Shown here piece by piece: positions 59,801 to 64,000 of a stretch of DNA of 64,000 nt. Both the position numbers and the translations under genes were made by a program. This stretch comes from Anaerolineae bacterium (GTDB lineage: Bacteria; Chloroflexota; Anaerolineae; Epilineales; Epilineaceae): NCBI GenBank assembly GCA_044228875.1, contig JBGAUA010000003.1:8401-72400 (forward strand), given 5' to 3'. How positions within the stretch are numbered: the stretch's first letter is position 1; each line of letters starts with the position of its first letter. Under the pieces are notes generated by a model that worked only from the letters and a program-made list of their open reading frames with translations, was not told where the DNA came from and made no database searches.

Positions 59801-61719
59801 CCCGGACCGGCCTCTGCCGACCTGCTCAGCCGGCGGGTGTCCCCGTCCCCAGGCCCGACGATCCGTTGCCCCGCCTGCAGACCTTCCTGCCGGCCCTGAC
59901 CGGCGATGGGTCCGGGCGCGCCGACTGCAACGCCTACGTGGACATCCAGAACCTGGGCCAGGTTCCAGCCAAGGCCATCCTCCTCCTGTGGAGCGCGGTG
60001 ACCGCCGATTCGGGCGATTGCCAGAGTCCCAGCCGCGTAGAATGCTCGCCGCTGCTGGCGCCGGGGACCCGTTGGCTGTTGCCGCGGCCGACGCTGGCGG
60101 GAGTCGGAAGCGCGGTGGCCTTCGGGGTGGACGGTATCGCGGATCCGACGGCAGTTCTTGGTATCGAAGCGGACGATACCGTGGCCGATATCCTCTGCGA
60201 GACCCTTCGCTTTGCTGTGGTCGGCGAATGCGCGGACTACCGCCGTTTCAAGTCCGCCTGGGACAGCAAGGGGTCCTTTTCCGGGATCCCCTTCGACAAG
60301 CTCAACGGTGTTCCGTTGGGCATCCGCGTCGAGCGGGATTGCGCCTCGTCCGGACCGCGGGTTCCGGCAGGCCGGCGCGAGCGCAGCGCCTACACCGGGC
60401 TGGATGCCGCGCAGCTCTCCGGCTGGGACGAAGCCGCCGGCGCCCATGTCAGTACCGTGCCGGTCCTCTACGCCAACAAGGCTGGCATCAACACCCGGCT
60501 CTGGCTGCAGAACGCCGGTGTCGCCGCCGCCCAGGTTGAGGTCTGGCTACAGGCCCAGAACGACTGCACCGGCAGCCGCCGCTGCACCTCCTTGTCCGTG
60601 CACCCTGGAGCGGTGGTCGCCGTCGATCCCTACGTCGACTGCCGACACATCGACTGGCAGGGCTCTGCCTGGCTGCGGTCGACAGCGCCTATCGCCGTGG
60701 TGGCGGAGACCGACGGGCGCGGCGTTCGGATGGCCGCCGCGGCACCGATGCGACAGCCGCCCCTGGGCGCCGATCCTGCAGCGCTCACCACGAACACCGT
60801 GCTCTTCGGCCCGCTCATCCAGGCGGACCAGCAGGGCTGGGACGTGGGGGTCAACGTCCAGAACCTGAGCCTGAGCCAGGAAGCCTGGGTGGATGTGGCC
60901 TTCCTGGACGGGCAGGGCGCACCGGTGTCCACCTTCGACGCCCGTATCTGCGCCGGCGACACCGAGACCTTCTTCCTGCCCGTGTCCGATGTGTCGCGGC
61001 AGCGGTTGGGGTCCTTGGGCACCGTCCGCGTGCTGAGCCGGCCGCCGGAAGGCCAGGCCGGCCTCGTCTCGACGCCCATCGCTGGAATTCTGATGATGAT
61101 GAACTATGCCGATCCCTCTCGCGCCACCTTGCTGGAGGCGGTCTCCTATCCACTGCTGACCTCAGACGCGGTGGGTCCATGGCCGCTTGGCCAAGGGCGG
61201 CCAGGCACGGCAGTGCTGGCCTTGCCGGGACTGGTTCATCAACCCGGACCGGAGGGCGAGACCGGCGAGCTGGTGATCAGCAATCTGGCCGGACTGCCGG
61301 GTGAGACGGTGGTGGACGTCACGCTGTTCGACGACAAGGGTGTGGTGGCCAAGACCGTGAGGCGATTGGCGGCCGGCGCGGTGGAGGCCATTCCGCTGGC
61401 GGAACTGGGCGTTCCCGCAGGCTTCCGAGGCGCGGCGCTGGTCTCGGCCGCCAGCTGGACCCATCGTCGGCCGGACCGGCCCGCGGACCCGGCGGTGATT
61501 GCCCTGGCGGCCGCGGCGCTGACCAAGGTGGGTGCTGACGACTCGCCACGCTTGAGCCCGGGGCCGCGCATGGCCGCTGAGCCGGGCATCCCGCTGGTGC
61601 GGCTGCCAGGTGTGGGGACGTCGGAGCCACGTCCACCGGCTCCGACCGCGGAACCGCGCACGCCTGAACCGCTAGGAACCGGAAAGGCCTGGCTGCCGCG
61701 GCTCGGAAAGGGGCGCTGA
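56896..61719 (+). CDS. giant (about 1,607 aa) secreted/anchored Cys-rich repeat protein: three paralogous super-modules, a dockerin-like Ca-binding pair, C-terminal Pro/Thr linker
   Basis: N-terminal hydrophobic anchor AALAFTVWL...GLLAGMVLTGLVGG. Three collinear modules (nt ~57076-57885, 58786-59595, 59872-60711) share LP.L..LG....C...V..QN.G....A...W......C......ECS.LLAPG..W ... LC..L.....C..Y.RF..AW...G.F...P. Repeated V.(V/L)QN.G / V.V.N.G beta-sandwich (CARDB-like) signatures. No enzyme motif recognised. Confidence 0.8.
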   Translation: MTFQSAALAFTVWLRRSGWRPGLLAGMVLTGLVGGWMQRSPSTALPRVRSATAQEPSPPGFLGLPILNYLGEDDVCRSLVGLQNLGDEAAQAVVLFWDDQRAGDPCAGPFKVECSGLLAPGAIWSLRGAQIPPGSRSAMAFSVTARRLSELGLDMGFDSTAAHYLCATLSSDLMLGDCAAYARFRAAWASGGSFAGLPLGLAAGPPLSAQVLRHCPSANSPGLEVSSLYAASWQSAAAKGPHVYLAGRIRVPDPFLSAFVHLQNLGSREAQATVAFHAAGDCLPARACGRLTVQPGASAMLSLADCAPTDGGLSIQSDEPLAVTVDLEGADSLSTVEGTDAVNWGTRLVGAMDPDAARGWSTTTYVQSPPGAERETRVRVEHLSPDGAVLHSAEQTLCPGGMLTFPRPAADSRPGRRTGTLRVSSLDGISVAAGALMERSGRFGRSVEAALVNLVPDPAPGRGTVHSLPIVAKDLDGLGLTTEIALANHSISPGWVDLALMTYDASGPLDIRCRRLAAGQVGYIDVEQMVQIPIGFLGGMVVSPVWWSHATPDGESTSPSLSVSSILRTGTRDGEDIPGDELAVSQGIRLNSIPDFLRAAPAQRCRPLLAAIQPQPTATADPLVKDEALQAMAWLPALAYLGQDPVCLATVTVTNEGDRPAQLLWLAWTEPGFCPPKAAGPMAFGCSGLLAPGGTWVLGEGTLPDTANGGLIYSLSTATLLELELDPVSREPIASVLCQRMSGISVPADQMEGRLRMAFQTGGRFADLPLGKAWGPPITASVSRTCPADQTPGFEVTDSYAALRPDKGRATRMEHRYAAQPILADWAQLNSTLYLQNTGLSCAAVNLAFQVLGDCVYTRNCQIGSLAPGETFAFDATDCVGPDWRGSAVITANEPLAIVLDQIGRDRLRSSRAGSSALAYDMDGNGQLESADVDRVLAALGRRRGDGGWDARLDLNSDDEVNDLDVATARTGLCRPAQPAGVPVPRPDDPLPRLQTFLPALTGDGSGRADCNAYVDIQNLGQVPAKAILLLWSAVTADSGDCQSPSRVECSPLLAPGTRWLLPRPTLAGVGSAVAFGVDGIADPTAVLGIEADDTVADILCETLRFAVVGECADYRRFKSAWDSKGSFSGIPFDKLNGVPLGIRVERDCASSGPRVPAGRRERSAYTGLDAAQLSGWDEAAGAHVSTVPVLYANKAGINTRLWLQNAGVAAAQVEVWLQAQNDCTGSRRCTSLSVHPGAVVAVDPYVDCRHIDWQGSAWLRSTAPIAVVAETDGRGVRMAAAAPMRQPPLGADPAALTTNTVLFGPLIQADQQGWDVGVNVQNLSLSQEAWVDVAFLDGQGAPVSTFDARICAGDTETFFLPVSDVSRQRLGSLGTVRVLSRPPEGQAGLVSTPIAGILMMMNYADPSRATLLEAVSYPLLTSDAVGPWPLGQGRPGTAVLALPGLVHQPGPEGETGELVISNLAGLPGETVVDVTLFDDKGVVAKTVRRLAAGAVEAIPLAELGVPAGFRGAALVSAASWTHRRPDRPADPAVIALAAAALTKVGADDSPRLSPGPRMAAEPGIPLVRLPGVGTSEPRPPAPTAEPRTPEPLGTGKAWLPRLGKGR

Positions 61720-61822
61720 CCATGGACCGGAACCTCCCTCGGCCGTTGCCCCGGTCCATCCGGCTGGCTATCGTTAGCCACAGCGATCAGCCACCCCTTC
61801 CGTAGTCCAAGGAGTTCTTCCC

Positions 61823-62335
61823 ATGACCGCCATCGACGTCCTGCGCTCGGCCTTCGGCGGAGCGCATCACTGGTACCAGGGCACTGTCGCCGACATCACC
61901 GCCGACCAGGCCAACCACCTGCCTCCGGGCATCGCCCATCCCATCGGCTCGCAAATGGCCCACATCCTGCATTCCGAGGACATGATGGTCGGTATGCTCA
62001 GCGGACAGCCCACCCTCTGGGAAAGCCAGGGCTGGGGGCAGAAGCTGGGGCTGCCCATGCTCAGCAGCCAGACCACCGAAAGCTCCCGCGCCTTCCAATG
62101 CGAGCCCGGCCAGCTCAACGACTACTGCCAGGCCGTCTTCGCGCGCACCGATGGCTATCTGGCCGGCCTTTCGGCCGATGATCTGGATCATCCCTTCGAC
62201 CTGTCGTCCTGGGGAATGGGCTCGATGCCGGTCGGCCAGATCCTGACGACGATGCTCCTGGGCAACACCTATGCGCATACCGGCGAGATCTCGGCCCTCA
62301 AGGGTACCTTGGGCTTGAAGGGCTATCCTTTCTGA
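61823..62335 (+). CDS. DinB-family (DinB_2/YfiT-like) metal-dependent protein
   Basis: DVLRSAFGGAHHWYQGTVADITADQANHLPPGIAHPIGSQMAHILHSEDMMV...GNTYAHTGEISALKG (His triad pattern of the DinB superfamily). AAGGAG lies upstream. Confidence 0.85.
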   Translation: MTAIDVLRSAFGGAHHWYQGTVADITADQANHLPPGIAHPIGSQMAHILHSEDMMVGMLSGQPTLWESQGWGQKLGLPMLSSQTTESSRAFQCEPGQLNDYCQAVFARTDGYLAGLSADDLDHPFDLSSWGMGSMPVGQILTTMLLGNTYAHTGEISALKGTLGLKGYPF

Positions 62336-62372
62336 TCACTCACCACCAGAACGCCATGAACCGGATCGATAG

Positions 62373-62407
62373 CAGGGGGCGCGGCTGGCCGCGCCCCCTG
62401 TTTCGTT
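62373..62407 (+). terminator. intrinsic terminator downstream of the DinB-family gene
   Basis: CAGGGGGCGCGG-ctgg-CCGCGCCCCCTG: a perfect 12-bp GC stem immediately followed by TTTCGTT. Confidence 0.65.
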
Positions 62408-62439
62408 CGGTCGAGGTTCCTTGTTCCCGTCCTTGCGGC

Positions 62440-64000
62440 TTAGCGTCGCTCGGTTCGCGGGATCCACAGCCGGCCGACCTGGGACGTGGCGCTGGCTGCG
62501 ACGGAGACCGTCGCGGCAGCCGTTGGACTGGGCGTGGCACTGGGCGCGGGGGTTGCTGTCGGCGGTGCGGGATCGACGGACAGCCAGATGGCGCGCGGAT
62601 TGCCCCAGCGGCCGGCAGCGGATCGGCCACGAACGATGAGGTAGTAGCGACCGGGCGCGAGCGTCGTCGTGTCCAGTTCCACCGAGGCCTCCTCGATCAG
62701 GCTGTCGAAGGCGCCGTCATCGGCCGTCAATGCGAGCCCGCTTCCGGGCTCGGCATCTGAGCGCGGCAGCGCGATCCCGGCCGGCGGCCCGCCCGGCCCG
62801 CCGACAGTGACCTCTGCGCCGTCCACCTTCATCCCGCCGACCCCCGTACCGTCCAGTCGTGCGGTGACCCACAGCGGATCGCCCTGCTGCAACTCGACCG
62901 TATCCAGGCGCACCTGCGACACTTCGGGGGCATAGACCCGCGCGTAGGGCTGGTCGGAAAGGGTGAGCATGCGCTGCAATTGAGGGAGCTGGCTGCGAAT
63001 GATGCCGGGAACCTGGCTGCAAGGGGTCAGGAAGGTGTCGCCCTCCAGTTCGATGACGTAGCCGGGGATGCCCAACTCGCCGTATGCCCAGTCTCGGGCG
63101 TCGCCGCTGACGGGGTACAGGCTGTTCTTGGTGACGTAGCCGATGGGTGCGGCATACTGGGCGGCGATGGTCGACAGGCCGTCGTGGTTCGGTGCCCGGG
63201 CATCGGTCCAGCTCCAGGGATAGAGCATGGTGCCGGGCGACGTGTAGTTGTGGAAGTTGATCATGGCCCCCACGGTATCCTCGGGGGCCTTGTCGTCGTC
63301 CGCCGGCCCGCGCTGGTCGGGGAAGATCCGGCGCAGCATCGTCTCGTAGGCCTGGGTTTCGGGCTCAGATCCGGCGGAGCGGCCGCGATAGGTCTGCTCG
63401 CAGGCATCAGTGCTATGACCGGGTGCGTTCCACTTGAAGATGTGGTTGCGGTTGAGATCGACACCATAATGGCTGCCGGTGGTAGGAGGCCATTCGCAGG
63501 CCTCCCGCTCCCGGTGGGCGTTCTTGCGCCATTCCCAAGGACGGCCGTCAGCCGACGTGGCGCCCAACTCCACCAGCTCCCGCCCGTCAGGGTTCATGGC
63601 CAGACCCACATAGAGCTCGCGATGGTCCAGGAGGTAGGTGATCTGGGGATCGCGGCCATAGCCCTCCACCATGGTCTGGATGAAGGCGCGCATGAGTTCG
63701 ATGGTGGGCAGCTCTCGCGCGTGCAATCCGCCGTCGGCCCAGAAGCGCCCCACTTTGGCGCTGGTCGCCTCCCGCGCGGTCACTTTGGCCACCAGGATAT
63801 CGTGCCCCGTCAGCGCATCGCCCTTGGGGCTGCGGCAGGGGCCTTCGGCCTTGCAGTAGCTGTCGCCGGCGTCGATGACCTCCACCAGGTGGGAATGCTG
63901 CGCGGCGTAGTCCTTCAGCCAGTCCAGGGCTTCGGCCACCTCCAGGTAGCAGCTGGGCCAGGCCTGGGGCGCGGCGGGCATCTGGCCAAGGACGGTCAAC
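62440..64000 (-). CDS. secreted M14-family zinc carboxypeptidase with C-terminal beta-domain and Pro/Thr linker (5' end beyond window)
   Basis: ADGGLHARELPTIELMRAFI (HxxE), LAMNPDGRE, GVDLNRNH, YRGRSAGSEPET, INFHNYTSPGTMLYPW. The ORF is still open at the window edge and no signal peptide is seen, so it is N-terminally incomplete. Confidence 0.85.
   Translation of the reverse strand, partial: LTVLGQMPAAPQAWPSCYLEVAEALDWLKDYAAQHSHLVEVIDAGDSYCKAEGPCRSPKGDALTGHDILVAKVTAREATSAKVGRFWADGGLHARELPTIELMRAFIQTMVEGYGRDPQITYLLDHRELYVGLAMNPDGRELVELGATSADGRPWEWRKNAHREREACEWPPTTGSHYGVDLNRNHIFKWNAPGHSTDACEQTYRGRSAGSEPETQAYETMLRRIFPDQRGPADDDKAPEDTVGAMINFHNYTSPGTMLYPWSWTDARAPNHDGLSTIAAQYAAPIGYVTKNSLYPVSGDARDWAYGELGIPGYVIELEGDTFLTPCSQVPGIIRSQLPQLQRMLTLSDQPYARVYAPEVSQVRLDTVELQQGDPLWVTARLDGTGVGGMKVDGAEVTVGGPGGPPAGIALPRSDAEPGSGLALTADDGAFDSLIEEASVELDTTTLAPGRYYLIVRGRSAAGRWGNPRAIWLSVDPAPPTATPAPSATPSPTAAATVSVAASATSQVGRLWIPRTERR

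Noticed and set aside
61720-61760. 9-bp stem ATGGACCGG...CCGGTCCAT right after the giant gene's stop, as a terminator.
   Set aside because: The 20-nt loop and absence of a U tract make it weak. It could equally be fortuitous in GC-rich DNA.

Overview
Very GC-rich bacterial chromosomal segment. By eye it is well above 65% G+C, which produces many long spurious antisense ORFs. It is densely packed with about 47 supportable protein genes. I recognised no rRNA, tRNA, CRISPR array, transposase or integrase.

Layout, left to right:
- (1) The tail of a polysaccharide locus: a GT2 fragment and a WbaP-type initiating transferase.
- (2) An FMN-riboswitch-controlled ribD-ribE-ribBA-ribH operon.
- (3) A minus-strand string: cytoplasmic GAF-PAS histidine kinase, lipoprotein, YugP-like Zn peptidase, FecR-like membrane protein.
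- (4) Divergent from the kinase, an operon encoding an NtrC-type sigma-54 activator, rpoN itself and a SARP/AfsR-type BTAD-ATPase regulator. Large secreted proteins follow: CotH-kinase-like with three lamin-tail domains, an S8 protease with PA domain, and an M14 carboxypeptidase.
- (5) A housekeeping operon: GAF(fRMsr-like)-translin-like-obg-nadD-rdgB.
- (6) An LCP-family protein, a DinG/XPD-like helicase and a DUF4180 protein.
- (7) A 694-bp non-coding spacer packed with perfect palindromes and 23-bp-periodic direct repeats.
- (8) A large envelope-glycan locus. A nine-gene minus-strand operon runs from a methyltransferase to a LysM protein. A divergent four-gene cassette encodes a GT-C enzyme, a GtrB/ArnC-like GT2, a FemAB-family enzyme and a YdjC-type deacetylase. 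A GT2 and a Wzx-type flippase complete it.
- (9) tpiA-rnj-purD followed by two tandem archaeal-type PurP genes.
- (10) osmC, a 1,607-aa Cys-rich tripartite repeat protein with a dockerin-like pair, a DinB-family protein and a second M14 carboxypeptidase that is truncated by the window edge.

Most interesting observations:
- A Lgm/Nax/Arn-like polyprenyl-phosphate aminosugar modification cassette that additionally carries a FemAB-family enzyme.
- The giant tripartite protein.
- A short aromatic/hydrophobic-[LI]-P-x-(L) motif. It closes five large, apparently secreted proteins after Pro/Thr linkers and also opens each module of the giant protein.
- Tandem archaeal-type PurP genes.
- rpoN co-operonic with its own activator and carrying a Cys4 insertion.
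- The palindrome/iteron island.

Lineage guess: a Chloroflexota/Thermomicrobia-like terrabacterium. This is inference only. All calls rest on reading the translations and the DNA; no database search was run.
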